Source of the DNA: Amphiscolops sp. MND2022
Lineage: Eukaryota
DNA: 64,000 nucleotides
Direction: 5' to 3'
NCBI GenBank assembly: GCA_964187785.1
Contig: OZ076409.1
Span: 51,462,001-51,526,000 of the forward strand
The notes under the pieces were generated by a model, which did not search any database, was not told the DNA's origin, and saw nothing but the letters and a program-made list of their open reading frames with translations. This document shows positions 1 through 12,869 of the stretch, piece by piece. The position numbers and the translations under genes are program-made. Numbering within the stretch: the first letter of the stretch is position 1; every line of letters begins with the position of its first letter.

Positions 1-2057
1 ATCTGAACTCTTTGGGTTTCGACCGCCTTCCCGAACCACCCGCAGGCCATTGTTTGGAAACCTTTTCCCCTGTAGCTGAGACATCAACTTGAGAATTGTT
101 CGGATACCGAAAAAGGTTCCACAAGATAGAATGTCGTGCCCATATTCCTATCAACAAATTCAAAACAGACTTTTTGTTGAAGACTCAAAACGTGAATCTA
201 TAGGTTATGACGGTTAAGCTGCATTCCAAAGAAGTGTGAAAGAATTCACAATCTTTGAGACAGAATTTAAAAGTATAAAGATGAAAATGCTCGGCAGCTT
301 ACAAAGAACATAGATATTTGTTAGGTGCCAGAAAACACAAATCAATGGATTTTTAATAGGCTTCATCTCCAATTTATTTTTTTACTTTTGACACTGAATG
401 TATTCGAACAAGCCAAGAAAGGCCCAAATGACTGACCCGCTTAAGACTCAAATAATGACAAAACTTCTGGAAACGATCATTGTGTAATTCCTGCCATATA
501 CTTAGATATGGCAAACATTGATAGTTCAGGTGTTTTCTTTTGAAAAATTATTCCAAACACTTGGGTGAAAATTGTTGATTTTTCGATCTTGAATCTTGAC
601 CAAAAACATTTTGAGAAGAAATTTGCTATATCAATACTGGTCTCGAAACTCGATAGAAGGATCCGTATAATCTTGACAAGATTCTTCAAAATTAAATACT
701 TTTACTTTTTGCTATTTCCGAAAACTCATAGGTACCTACATTTCAGGTGAACTTCTGCATGGAGAGACAAGACATTACTGCTGGTACGTGAAGAAAATTT
801 AGATATCGAGGGTGGAGGTAGTTTCGCAAGAAAATTACAATTTCAGAAAGATTTTTGTTTCTTAGAGATTTATTAATCGAAAAACAACTACAACCTGGCT
901 AAAATTGCGATCAACAAATCAGCCACTTTTAAAATCTCAATTTCTAACTCCGCAAGCTAAATCTCTAACTATTTCACGGTTACCAGAATCAGCCTCAGAT
1001 TCTAATGTTCGCTATCGAGGAGCACGAGTGTAATTTCGAACAAGCATCCTTCCTGCCTTCTGGAGACTCAATTTGGGGTTCTAGTTCTATAGCTCGCTCC
1101 TGGTTACGTGCCATTTCGGATTGTACCGGAGACGGAATTGGAATCCACATCAATACTATTGTATGTGGATTTCCATTCCTCTTCTGGTCCAATCGGATAT
1201 GGCTCGTACGTGTCCTCAAGATTGTGGTCCTTAACTTCCGTCATATTTGAAATTTACATTACTGAAAAATGTAACTCATTCACTCATGTACCAAAAATTG
1301 CCTAATGGACGACATTAAGTCTCGCTCGGGACATTGAGATTGTGACTTGTTTCGAATCATCAAAGGTTCCTTATTACTGGGGATTAGGGCCCTAGGGGTA
1401 ACGATTTCCGACTCACATGATTTCGGTATGGTTTAGTTTCTTGAAGCGGTTTCTTCAGAAAGGTTACTGATACAGTTTTATGCTCGGTAGAAATCGACTA
1501 CCTTCGTTGCTGAAATCCACTTAAGATATTACAACCCAAGGTCAATTGCCTCCTTTCTACTGGGCTTGTTGGCCGGTGCAGGTACCTCAAATAAGCCATG
1601 CGATTCTAGCATGAATGTAACTTGCATGTGTTTTACTTAGGGCTGCTAGATGGAAATCTTTGACAAGTTTTAGGGTTGTGGGGTCGACTGGTGAAGATTT
1701 GCGTATTGTTCACAATTTACCTATGGTTTTTCAATCGAAAATCAGGATGTTTTAGCCGAAAGCTAAAACCATCTCTTTTTGTTCTGGGTTTTTTTTTCAA
1801 AAAGTGGGAGTAAAATGTTGCCTCAGAGACACTTCAAGAGGTTTGACTTAAAATTTGAAATGCGTCGGAGGAAGTTGAAGCTTTGAACTTAAGCAAAGTT
1901 TTCGAACTCCCGCTCTTCAATCTTACCAATTTTGATGTTTAGCTCAAAGGTTCAGCTTCTTTGCCTATGGATTGTTGTTTTCCGACCCCACATTGTACAA
2001 ATGGGGGTGAAAAATCATGATCTGTGACGCGTTTTTTTCCAAATTCTGCCAAAACTC

Positions 2058-2165
2058 CACTTGATTGTCTCCATCCACTTGACTATCTATCCACTTGACT
2101 ATCTATCCACTTGACTATCTATCCTCTTGACTATCTATCAACTTGACTATTTATCAACTTGACTC
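2058..2165. repeat. 16-bp minisatellite (CCACTTGACTATCTAT)x~6
   Basis: Direct tandem copies are visible. It is followed by GGAATAAGATCTAAAG repeats and an inverted copy at ~2294-2312, suggesting a foldback-like element. Confidence 0.85.
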
Positions 2166-2371
2166 TGACTAGGTTAGAGGTTGAATAAGGAATAATATCT
2201 AAAGTCAAAAAAGGAAATAAGATCTAAAGTTTCAGGACGGGAATAAGATCTAAAGGGAAAAAGATCTAAAATCACTAAATTTTATACTTAATCTTTAGAT
2301 TCTATTCCCCCCTCCCAAAATAGCTATGGCTTAGTTGGTGAAGGCGAAAAGGGCGAAAAATATTCCGGTGC

Positions 2372-2909
2372 TTAGCGGGCGTCTTGTTTCCAATAAACTG
2401 TTTCTAAAAGTCTACTCTGCTTTTGTGTAAGAAAAAGCGCCCAACTATTACAGTGACTTGTTTTTCCCGTCAGATCACAGAATGGATGCGTGGCGTCCAC
2501 TTTTGAACATAGTTAAAGTACGCCGCCAGTAGTTAGGATGCGCGCTTCCCAAGCAGACGATCATCGGTTCGATTTCTACCGAGGACTAAGTTTCTCTATT
2601 TGCAAACCTTTGACGTGTCGATGAGTCTCCCCTTAAGGTTTTGCTGTCGTTAAATTTTCAGTCTTTTCTTCACCAAAGGTCTTTTCTTTGGTTTTCTGGA
2701 ACTCTGCGACTCTTTTCAATTTTTCTAACCAATGTGTGATGTTTTCATTTAAAGAAAAGCGTTTTTCGAGGCTGCAGATTGCCCTTTTGCATTTTTTTAT
2801 CACTATGAAAGTTGTGAAAATTCCCAAACGCCCCCTTGATCACTTCTATGAGACTTTGAGCTTTTTGAGCTTTAAGCGGGATGCAAGCTTTTGGCGTTCC
2901 CGACTAGTT
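2372..2909 (+). mobile_element. Degenerate Helentron-like non-autonomous element (HINE-type) carrying a tRNA-like segment at ~2522-2587
   Basis: Diverged versions of the family 5' (TTAGCGGGCG, AAAAGCGCCCAACTATTACAGTG) and 3' (TTTTGAGCTTTAAG..CGTTCCCGACTAGTT) motifs seen in the better-preserved copies. Confidence 0.55.
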
Positions 2910-2967
2910 CACCTTATCTCTAAAATATAGAGAAGTTGAAAAAGAATGGAGCTAGTGTACTACTGAC

Positions 2968-3270
2968 CTGTCTCTGGTACCGGGCACTCAGATACATTGA
3001 ACTCCTCAAACGTTGTCAACATGGTGTTGTGATCTTTGTGTCTTTCTAGTTTCAACTTTTTATACTCTTCAGTGAAGTTGGTTGAGCAAAAGGTCAACAA
3101 TCGACTTCTTCGAAGCAACTGTCGTTCTTTTGTGTCCAAAAAGTAGTCCATGTCAGCATCGAGTAACTGGTCTCTGGGAAATGCGCTAAGTATTGACTGT
3201 GGAATCTGTGCCCATATTTCGGGGGGAATTTTCACTAAAAGTATTGATCGTAGCTTTTTATCTGAAATCT
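2968..3270 (-). CDS. Possible isolated internal exon of an unidentified host gene
   Basis: Open frame (ISDKKLRSILLVKIPPEIWAQ...CPVPET) bounded by TTAACAG/TTTCAG acceptors and an AG|GTCAGT donor. No family recognised. Confidence 0.3.
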
Positions 3271-3600
3271 GTTAATATTTGAACTTACAGAAGTTTTAAA
3301 AACTTTTTCATGACAGTCTGTGAGTAAAACGCAAACTGACAGTTTACCCAAAATCGCACACAAAATATTTGTAACTAGTGGTTGCAGCCCTTTAAAATCC
3401 ATGGTTTGTGAAAAAGATTGTATAAAGACAAGCCCTAAAGTTTGGAGAGATCAAATGTTTTGAATTGACAGTATAGCACCGCTATAGCAGACGCCACCCT
3501 TTCTCTGATTGAAGGGCACTACAAACGACCGAGATGAGAGCAGGAAAATATCGCGGAGACGCAAAATGAAAAAAAGAACCAGAGCCGCATATGCGGTAAA

Positions 3601-4680
3601 GGAGTCGGCTTAAGTTTTTTCTTCTGAATCGCTCCAATCCCAGAATCATACGAATTTATTAAAATTGCACACATAGGATCATACTATGGTGTAGAAAATG
3701 ACTGTAGAAATTTTTGTTCGAATCGTATGGACAGTTTTTGAGAAAATCGGAAAATGGCGGTTTTTTTACCATTTTTGGTTAATTTTGGCTATGTTTCTCA
3801 CATCTCAGTCATACGAATTTAATGAAAATGCACATAAAGGACCATAATATAGTGTAGAAGGACTGTAGAAAATTTCGTTCAAATCGTACGGACAGTTTTT
3901 GAGAAAATCGAAAAAAATCGAAAAATGACTTTTTTGGCCATTTTTGGGCTAATTTTGGCTATGTTTCTCACATCCCAGCCATACGAGTTTAATGAAATTG
4001 CACATACGGGACCATAGTATGGTGTAGAATGACTGTAGAAAATTTCGTTCAAATCGTATGGACAGTTTTTGAGAAAATTGAAAAAAAAATCGAAAAAGGA
4101 ATGTTTTTCGGCCATTTTTGGGTTATTTTTGGCTATGTTTCTCACATCCCAGCCATAAGAATACAATGAAATTGCCCATAAAGGACCATGATAAGGGGTA
4201 GAATGACTGTAGAAAATTTCGTTCGAATCATTTGGACAGTTTTTGAGAAAATCGAAAAATATCGAAAATGACTGTATTTTGGCCACTTTTGGGCTAATTT
4301 TAGCTATGTTCGTCACATCCCAGCCATACAATTTTGATGCCATTGCACCTATAGGACTCTATTATGATGTAGAACGACTGTAGAAAATTTCGTTCGAATC
4401 GTATGGACAGTTTTGGAGAAAATCGAAAAAAGTCGAAAAATGGCTGTTTTTTGACATTTTTGGGCTAATTTTGGCTATGTTCCTCACATCCCAGCCATAT
4501 GATTTTGATGCCTTTGTTCGCGCAGGGGCCCCTTTGGGTGTAGAATGACAGTGCAAATCTTCGTGAAAATCGTATGAACAGTTTTTGAGAAATTTGAAAT
4601 TTTCATGAAAAGGTCGGGAGAAAACAAAACAAAAAAAAACAGGACGATTGCATAAGTAGTCGAAAATTTTTTCCGATTCC
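3601..4680. mobile_element. Putative TIR element filled with ~6 copies of a ~171-bp tandem repeat
   Basis: CATCCCAGCC-type anchors at 3801, 3971, 4145, 4316 and 4487. Ends GGAGTCGG / CCGATTCC, each flanked by TAAA. Confidence 0.7.
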
Positions 4681-7201
4681 TAAAAACAAAGATATTGGTT
4701 TTGCTTCATTTTCGATTGTATTTATTCACTACGAAGGTATTAACGCAAAGGTATTATAGATAAACCCAGAAAGAGGTCGCGCCCTTTGATTGTATTTGGC
4801 GCGCGTCGTCGAAAGGCATGCCTCGGCATGCCTACGGACGTCGGGCGTTGATTGAAAGTTAAATCGTTTAAAGGATTCTTTACATACAGCTTATAGTTCA
4901 GTCACAGGGGGTTAAAAAATGACTTTCTACGAGATGACCCAAATACATACAGATAGTTTTTGGACTGTCAGTTGTTTTTTTTCTCACGAGTACAGATCAG
5001 TGAATTATCGTTGCATTATCGAAGACATTCAAGCAAAATTAGACTAACCGTCCTTAAAAATTTGAAAAGAAATTGATAATTGAGTGACTGCTGATCTCAC
5101 AAAAAAGGAAACCTGGTTCAATTTATTCCGCAAGTTCTCAAGGTTACTACTTCTTTTCGTTCAGCGGAAATGCAAGTTGGTTTCCCACTATACTTTGTAC
5201 ACTCGACAGACTAAATCAACGGGAAAGAAGAGAAATATTCAACTCTGCACTTCCTCGTTGCCAAATTTAGTATCAACACTGGTGCGACAATCATAATTGA
5301 CGCGTAAAATAAACATTCCAATTTTTGTGAAGCTCAATCGCTTTAAGGGGTAGCATGGCATGAAGGGATGTGTGGGGTTTATCGTTATTTGAAAGCTTGG
5401 TTCAGTTGGCACTTCGAGCCACCTGAAACCAACCAGATTCAAACCTTAGTGCTCAAACTTTTTCTGATCAGTCCACTCGTTTGCAGAGCAACAGGTATTT
5501 TTTGAGACGACCTGCTTTCAGATTTCAGTTGTGTTTCATCTCGCAAACCCAAGAAAGCAGGTTGTGAACATTGGAGCCCAACAGTTCTCACCATATACCC
5601 TTTAGAATCAATTGGGATTTTCAATGAAATCGGTTGTTTTGCAGGAATTGTGAGAACTAGGTTGTGCTTTTGTTCTTTTCGCCAGTATCAAGCCATATTG
5701 AAAAGCACTGTGGTTTGAAAACGATGCTGCCCCGTGTACCATTTGAAACGCATTCTTGATTAGGAATTTTTTGATATTTAAAAAAATCATTCACATTTTG
5801 GACTCTTCAACGATACCAAAGCTTGTTTTTTTAAACGTGGTTATCATTGTTTTGACAAAGTACATTTTTTTTCTTCCCATTTTGGACGCTTGAATATAAC
5901 AGTTGTCCGATGTTTTTATCTGGTTAACACGCTTCAACACTCCTACGACATAAAAAGTGTCTTAAATGATAGAACTAAGTAGTATCCCAGACTTGAAATG
6001 CTTAGTTCAAGCTCCATATTTCAATAGATCTGTTTGCGTTTTCACGGTGCTTTCGAATTAGCAATGAAAAAGGGAGATTAATTGTTTGTCACAACCGATT
6101 TGAAGCGATATGGTGATAACTGCTAACAATTCATGCTTTTATTCGCAAAAAACCGATGTTAATTGCTTTGTAATAAACGAAGTATTGCACTGGCTAATTG
6201 TTCAACCTGTTCTAGTGACCACAAAATAGTGTCCTCAACGGAAACGCAATATCAATAAACCTAATATTTAATTGAAAACTTTTCAATAGTTCAAAGTTGT
6301 ATGGTCAACTTGATTTGAATTATAATGTGAAAAAGCCCAATAAATATGCGAAGAACACATTGAAATCCATTTTTGCGGTGAACGTGGAAACTATCATCTC
6401 AACTAAATTGTTTCTGAACCCTGAAAATTGAAACAACAAACTGGAATTGTTCCGCGTATGAGGACAATCTGTAGGACCTTAAAAGGGTTGATTTTAAAAA
6501 AAACGTGGTACGGCGGTTATTCATGTAAGTAATACTTTTACATAGCGAAATTTATGTCTCCCATATTACAGCAATTCATGACAAGCAGTTTTTATTGCTC
6601 ATATAGTATCTCAGTAACAAGCGTGGAATAAATAAATTAACGGATTTTAACCAATTAAGCTTAAAATGTCAAAGGGGGCAATTAATCCCATTTTCGGTAA
6701 TCTGGTAGAGATTGGGACTTCTGAAATACATGTTCTAAAAGGCAGTCAGTTCGTTTTAAATTTGATCTAGAACATCAGACGAGCAAGTCCTACGCGTATA
6801 TGGTGAAAACACCAATTTAAATGGAGCTAAGGAAGGTTTCTTCTCAAAAATGGCCAAATTTGGTCATTTGGGCATTTTGGACGAAACCTTATCAACTACA
6901 TGATGTGCTACGTAGTGCCTCTCGGATTATCGTTGAAGATCGACAACGATACAAGCGATTCATGAAATTTGCTTTTTGCCTCAAATTTGCACCAAAAGCG
7001 TCTGCTTTGCATTAAAAAAGTCACTTTTTGACCATTTCCGGTTCAAGGATGTCAATTCCGGTGCAACTTCTGGTCACTTCTTGTAGTGTGATGGATAAGT
7101 GTTCAGAAAGTACTAGGGTCCCACGATTCTCCGGGGCTTCAATCTTGGTCAAATGTGCACTTGTCACTTTTGCGACACAGAAAAAGTATGCGTGACGCAT
7201 G

Positions 7202-8381
7202 TTTCCGGTGAGGGGTGATACGTACGGGCTCAAAAAATTTTTTCCTTGAGACAACTTAGTCTAAACCTACTTTCAGTAAATAGCTGTCGGTGCGCTCAAC
7301 GCACTCGTTCACTCCGGAAATGGGCGAAGAACACAACTCTATCCAAAAAGGTCGAAAATTGCGACCGGAAGTGTCAAGTTGGCAATTTCCGGTGTGGGGG
7401 TGATGTTATCGAAAATTGAAAAACATCATCAGCAGGCTACTTAGACCGCCTACAAATACTTACCCGTATCGCTAGTACCAACTCAAGGCAAGCTATTAGC
7501 TTGTCAAGCAAAAAATACGCAAAAACGGTCTTTTTTGGCTCCATTTGACAAAAAAAGTGCAACAAAAAACTTTTTGCCAAACACACGACTATACCCCATC
7601 CTAATCATTTCTGATGCACTACCTACACGCCAAATTGCAGCCAAATCGTATGGAAGAGATTTGAGGCACATTTCCGCCGTCTTGGCATAAAAAAACTGGT
7701 CACTGATCAATGACCGGAATCATCAGGGAACCCTCCCCCGAGGCCGGAATTTTTTTGAAGGCGACCGCATGGACCACCCAAAGGTCAAACTTTTTCCGGT
7801 GAGGGGTGATACGTACGGGCTCAAAAAATTTTTTCCTTGAGACAACTTAGTCTAAACCTACTTTCAGTATTTAGCTGTCGGTGCGCTCAACGCACTCGTT
7901 CACACCGGAAATGGGCTCTGACTCTATCCAAAAAGGTCGAAAATTGCGACCGGAAGTGTCAAGTTGGCAATTTCCGGTGTGGGGTGATGTTATCGAAAAT
8001 TGAAAAACATCATCAGCAGGCTACTTAGACGCCTACAAATCCTTACCCGTATCGCTAGTACCAACTCAAGGCAAGGTATTAGCTTGTCAAGCAAAAAATA
8101 CGCAAAAACGGTCTTTTTTGGCTCTATTTGACAAAAAAAGTGCAACAAAAAACTTTTTGCCAAACACACGATTATACCCCATCCTAATCATTTCTGATGC
8201 ACTACCGACACGCCAAATTGCAGCCAAATCGTATGGAAGAGATTTGAGGCACATTTCCGCCGTCTTGGCATAAAAAAACTGGTTACTGATCAATGACCGT
8301 AATCATCAGGGAACCCTCCCCCGAGGCCGGAATTTTTTTGAAGGCGACCGCATGGACCACCCAAAGGTCAAACTTTTTCCG
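7202..8381. repeat. Near-identical tandem duplication, unit ~591 bp
   Basis: 7202-7792 is repeated at 7793-8381, with TTTCCG microhomology at the junctions. Duplicated ORFs 7504-7710 and 8087-8293 in the ORF track. Confidence 0.92.
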
Positions 8382-8401
8382 TTCACAATAATACATCACT
8401 A

Positions 8402-8923
8402 TTTTTAGTCGGCGCTTTTCTAGAGAAAAGTGCCCGACTCTTACAGTGAGTAGTTTTTTTTTTTTTTTTTTTTTTTTTTTCAGTTGACAATCTCACTCTG
8501 AGTGGTCCACTTTTCTTACAATTCTGCAATTCTGCGCAGAAGGCAAACTTTACTCCAAAGGGTCCCCCTTTCAGTTTTTACTTTTTCAAGGAAACATACA
8601 CAACCGGACGTGCCCAAAGGGTCCCCCCTTTGGATTTTTTTCGGCACTGTGCGACTTTTTTTCGAAAATTTTTGAAATTTATCAAAGGGTACCCCCTTGC
8701 ATTTTTTTTGAAATTTTCGGTTTGTAGAAAACGTTGAATGAGCCTGAATGGCCTTTTTTTGAGTTTTTCGGCATTTTGCGACTAAAAAATACTTTTTTTC
8801 GAAAAAAAATTTCAAAAATAATTTTTTTGAAAATTTTTTTTTCCAAATTTTTACAATAGTTGTTCCTTGAATATTTTTGAGCCTAAGATATGGCGCCGAC
8901 TTGGGACGTTCCCGTCTTGTTTT
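8402..8923 (+). mobile_element. Helentron-like non-autonomous element (HINE/DINE-1 architecture)
   Basis: 5' TTTTTAGTCGGCGC. 3' inverted GCGCCGACT followed by hairpin GGGACGTTCCC and GTCTTGTTTT. T-rich ends, no TSD, internal AAAGGGTCCCCC repeats. Confidence 0.7.
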
Positions 8924-8981
8924 CATTAACAATGAAGCTATGATATAATGCGCCGATGTACATGTTAGCTAGTAGTCTGAC

Positions 8982-9322
8982 TAGGGTCAGCATAAAATCA
9001 CGCGTGAACATGCCCAAAGATCACGCTCTGATTCACGCTATTTCGAATCAAAAATCACGCTAAATTCACGGACAAAAATCCGAGCAATAACTGAATTCAA
9101 TCCAATTTTCGAGAATTTTTGTACAAAAACAACAGTTGTTCGATAAGTTCCGATCCAAACTTTGAAGGTTTGAAGTGACAATATTTGAAAACTAGAAGTT
9201 ACTTCAAAACAAACATATTCCGCCAATTTATAGTTCCGCTGTAAAATCACGCCATGTCACGGAGCTTTCTAATTGGCTAGAAAATCACGCTAATTCACGC
9301 GCGTGATTTTCTGCTGGCCCTA
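8982..9322. mobile_element. hAT-type MITE
   Basis: TIR TAGGGTCAGCATAAAATCACGCG / CGCGTGATTTTCTGCTGGCCCTA. Perfect 8-bp TSD AGTCTGAC (8974-8981 and 9323-9330). Subterminal ATCACGC repeats. Confidence 0.9.
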
Positions 9323-9715
9323 AGTCTGACTTCGTTCAATACAGCTTTGAACCTGAATACACCATTGTCGGCAGTTCTGTTTAGTGCGGAATAAGAGATA
9401 CGATAAATGTACAATAAATCGTTCTGTGAACTTGATAAATAAAATTCGAGTCACTCGCGGCTGGAGATAGCAGTTCAATGTGCAAACATCAGTTCCCGAT
9501 TTCAAGTGCTCAAAAAGTAAATGTGTGAAGTCTTAAACGATAATTTATGGGAATATGATGCCCGCTAGCGATTTATGAATGAAGTGTTTTCGCAAAAAAT
9601 TATTCCTCTTGGAGACAAATTTAGCGATAGTTTGTCCTTCCCTTCTGATTTTCCGTACTCCCGGGCCATATTGCTGAAAATATTTTCCTGTTAATATCAG
9701 TGCCCTATGTTAGGT

Positions 9716-9813
9716 TTAAAAAACATCTCACCCTTTCGCAATTTCACAATTTTGACAAATGTAATTACATTTGCCAAAATTGTGAAATTGCGAAAAGGTG
9801 AGATGTTTTTTAA
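9716..9813. repeat. 98-bp spacer-less palindrome
   Basis: Arms mirror about 9764/9765 with two mismatches. TTAA at both ends. Confidence 0.92.
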
Positions 9814-9910
9814 GTACACCAAAACATTAAACCTAAAGGTGTACATTTGTATTCTGAGACGGTTTATAAAAATGCTCTAATATAAATTTGATTTATTAAA
9901 TTCGAAACTT

Positions 9911-10150
9911 CTAACCGTTGACTAATGAGCTGTTTGGCAAAGCGTTGGAAGGAAAATCGTCCAATGAGTCCATAATTGAGAGATAAAGGAAAACCATGAA
10001 GACGAACGCAATAGCAAGAATAGGGACACATATTGAGAACCAAGTTGCAATTCTCACTGATCTCAATTGTTTCCTTCGAGGTGGTATGCGTGATTTATAC
10101 AGAAAAGGAACTTTACTTTCAATGTCGTCAACTTTTGGATGCGCATGAAA
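9911..10150 (-). CDS. Possible terminal exon of a small single-pass membrane protein
   Basis: Basic stretch then a hydrophobic helix (VRIATWFSICVPILAIAFVFMVFLYLSIM). AATAAA about 15 nt after the stop on the minus strand. 5' boundary uncertain. Confidence 0.3.
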   Translation of the reverse strand, partial: FHAHPKVDDIESKVPFLYKSRIPPRRKQLRSVRIATWFSICVPILAIAFVFMVFLYLSIMDSLDDFPSNALPNSSLVNG

Positions 10151-11924
10151 TTGAAATACCGGTTGGAAGAAATAAAACCGCAAACAACTCACATAAAAAT
10201 GATTTGCAGAAAATGACTAGAAACCGGGCGAAGTGATCTTTGATGGCTCGCCTGAAAAGTCAATGAATAAATAGATTTCTTCAAATGACCCTAAAAATGT
10301 TTGGAAATCATCAAAAACATAAGAAATTTGAAAGACGTTTTAGGGTACCCTTTGGAGAAATAAAGGCTTTTTAAATACTAAACAAAATAGGCTCATAGCA
10401 AAACACTGTGCGTAGAGCCTGGATCAGTTAACCACTTGTCCGATTATTGGATTAAACAAATCTACCTCGATTTAAAAAAATTTAAGCAGTTGAGGCAAAA
10501 AAAGCCCGGAGATGAACGGATGCTCTGTACAATGGTATAAAAACAAATTGAATCACAAATAAATGCTACCAATGCTGGTTCAGAAAGAATTTTGTAAACT
10601 TTTCGTCATATTTTTGGTCAAGTTGAAAAGTCGCGAAAGCTACTTTTTGCAATGAAAATTGGATTGAATTTCAGTACAACGATTTTTTGTTCACTTGTCT
10701 TCTGTGAATGAATGTAGTGCCGGTTTATCGTTTATCCGTTTATTTTAAACGATTACCCGATTATGCTAAAATATTAACTGGTCCAAGCTCTGAATGTTTG
10801 CGTTTACGAAGAGCTTTGAAAATGGAGTAAACCTGAATATTTGGATTTTTGGTCCTGAATTTCCAAATGATCCAACCGGGCCTCGGCGGAAGAACATATT
10901 CAATGTAAAGAATACGTAATCTCCTTGAAATTGTGGGCATAATCAACTTAATAATATCAATGAAAGGATGATTAGGTTTCTTCTTCTTTGGGTTGCTGTA
11001 TTTATAAGTTCACAAGGACAATGAAATTACACAATACAGGGCACAACCCAAAAGTAGCACTAGCGAAGTGAAACAACCAGTAAGTTTTTTAGTATAAAAA
11101 GGAAAATGTTTCACAACAAAATCCATTAAAATTTGCACAATGTAACGTGTGAATCATGAAGAGTTGGGTAATTATCTCACAATGACTTCTGCAATCAAAA
11201 GTTACTTCTTTCAAGTTTTAAAAACGAATCAGTATGAATGAAATGTTTTTGGAAAACATTATTAAGTTTTTGCAATCTTTTGCTGAGATTTGTGTTAGAA
11301 TTTCATTGAATTACTAAATTCTAGCTAAATACCAAAATATTTTACGCCTCAAACTATTTTACAAATACATGCAAATAATCGTTCAAAACTTGCACAGAAT
11401 TTTCAAGATTGAAGTGAATATTTCGGTACTTTTATGATTAAAGTAGGCTTTTCGCTCTTTGAAAAGTCAAATATCTCTAAGAATAACGCAACAATGTTTT
11501 TCGTCTTCAAAATATACTGAAGGAATTATCGTTTATCGAGTATAAAAGTATGACATAGGAAAGAAGTCTGCACTTTGCGTGAGCAAGCAGGATTTTATAA
11601 TGGATCTTATGAATTTCAGCCCCTGTTTCCCTCAAGTACTCTTTTACGTTCAGAAGTATTAAATAGTATAGTAATTAAAATACACAAAAATTGAGCGCGA
11701 CTTAAGAAAGATGGAATACAGAAGGGTCCAAAAACTCCTGATAAAACTCATTTTACACTTACTTTTGGAGCTAAAATACGCTATAATATGTATTACAAAA
11801 CATTAGGATACCAAAGTCGATCATTTGACAAGAATCGTCTTTTCAGTGACGATTGAAATTTACATTAAACTACTAATTCATTCTTTATTCAGCACCAGAT
11901 TATAGATTTTCGACAATAATATAG

Positions 11925-12111
11925 TTGCCCAGATCCAAACCATAGGATCTACACGATTCTATGCAAACAATCAAGACCTTCATGCAATTCCATGCATGGA
12001 ACCGTACGGTTCATTACGACTTCATGCATGGATAAGGCATGAAGTTATTGCATGGATCCATGTTTACATGCATGGAATTGCATGGAATCACATGCTGCGC
12101 TAGATCCGAGC
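11925..12111. mobile_element. Small foldback/MITE-like element with CATGCATGG repeats
   Basis: Ends TGCCCAGATC / GATCCGAGC. Flanks ATAATATAG / ATAATATGG (9-bp TSD with one mismatch). Confidence 0.45.
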
Positions 12112-12869
12112 ATAATATGGATAATTGAACAAGCCATAACGTATTCAGATGTGACATGGTTATTTGTCAGCAACGCCTTGAGCAATTAGGCGGTTACCGA
12201 CCTAATTTTAAGGAGGGGCCGTGCGTCATGAAGCGTAGTTTGGAGGTAGGGTAGTGAGGGCGGGGGTTCTGTCATTCATAAAACCCCTCATATTCGCGGA
12301 GAGCCAGTTCGTTTCTGCATCCAGTATTGTCACAGATTTGCCTGTCCTTTTTTCCAGAAACTGACAAACCAGAGAAACGAAGATGAGCGTAGTACAGACT
12401 TGCGAGGTAGTGTTTGGTTGAAACTCTGTAAGACTTGTCAGCAATCTTTTGTGACCTTTGAGCGGTAACCATTTTTAAAAATTCAATATTGAGGTGGCTA
12501 GAGTTATTAGGCGCTGTTTCAGAAAAACAATGTCAACATTTTATAGGAAATCAAGATCGACAGTAACAATGAACTATAGTGTTTTATAACAAGCAGTCCC
12601 GGGCCGATAAGTTCCACTGTCGAGAAAACTGAAATAAATGTTTTTTGTGTTACCGGAGATATCTTCATATTTTACTACTCTTCTCTGTTCCCGTTGGATT
12701 CTAGAAGTTATTTTTCAACGTCAAAATTATGGTGCTTCTAACGGACCAAAAAAAGTCCTTTCCGTGTAAGAACAAAAGCGCATGTTTTCATCTGGTGTTA
12801 CGTTGGTACGATGATACAGAGAAGGAACCCACTGAAAAAAAAACTAAACCAGGGGACAGAGACCCGAAG

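Noticed and set aside
1..1850. Coding-like composition, perhaps an old retroelement
   Set aside because: No recognisable domain motif.
3879..4556. 154-aa and 64-aa ORFs with repeated peptides
   Set aside because: Translations of the 171-bp satellite.
5000..6250. Possible decayed hAT-like transposase on the minus strand
   Set aside because: Only vague motif echoes across many stops; cannot be supported without a search.
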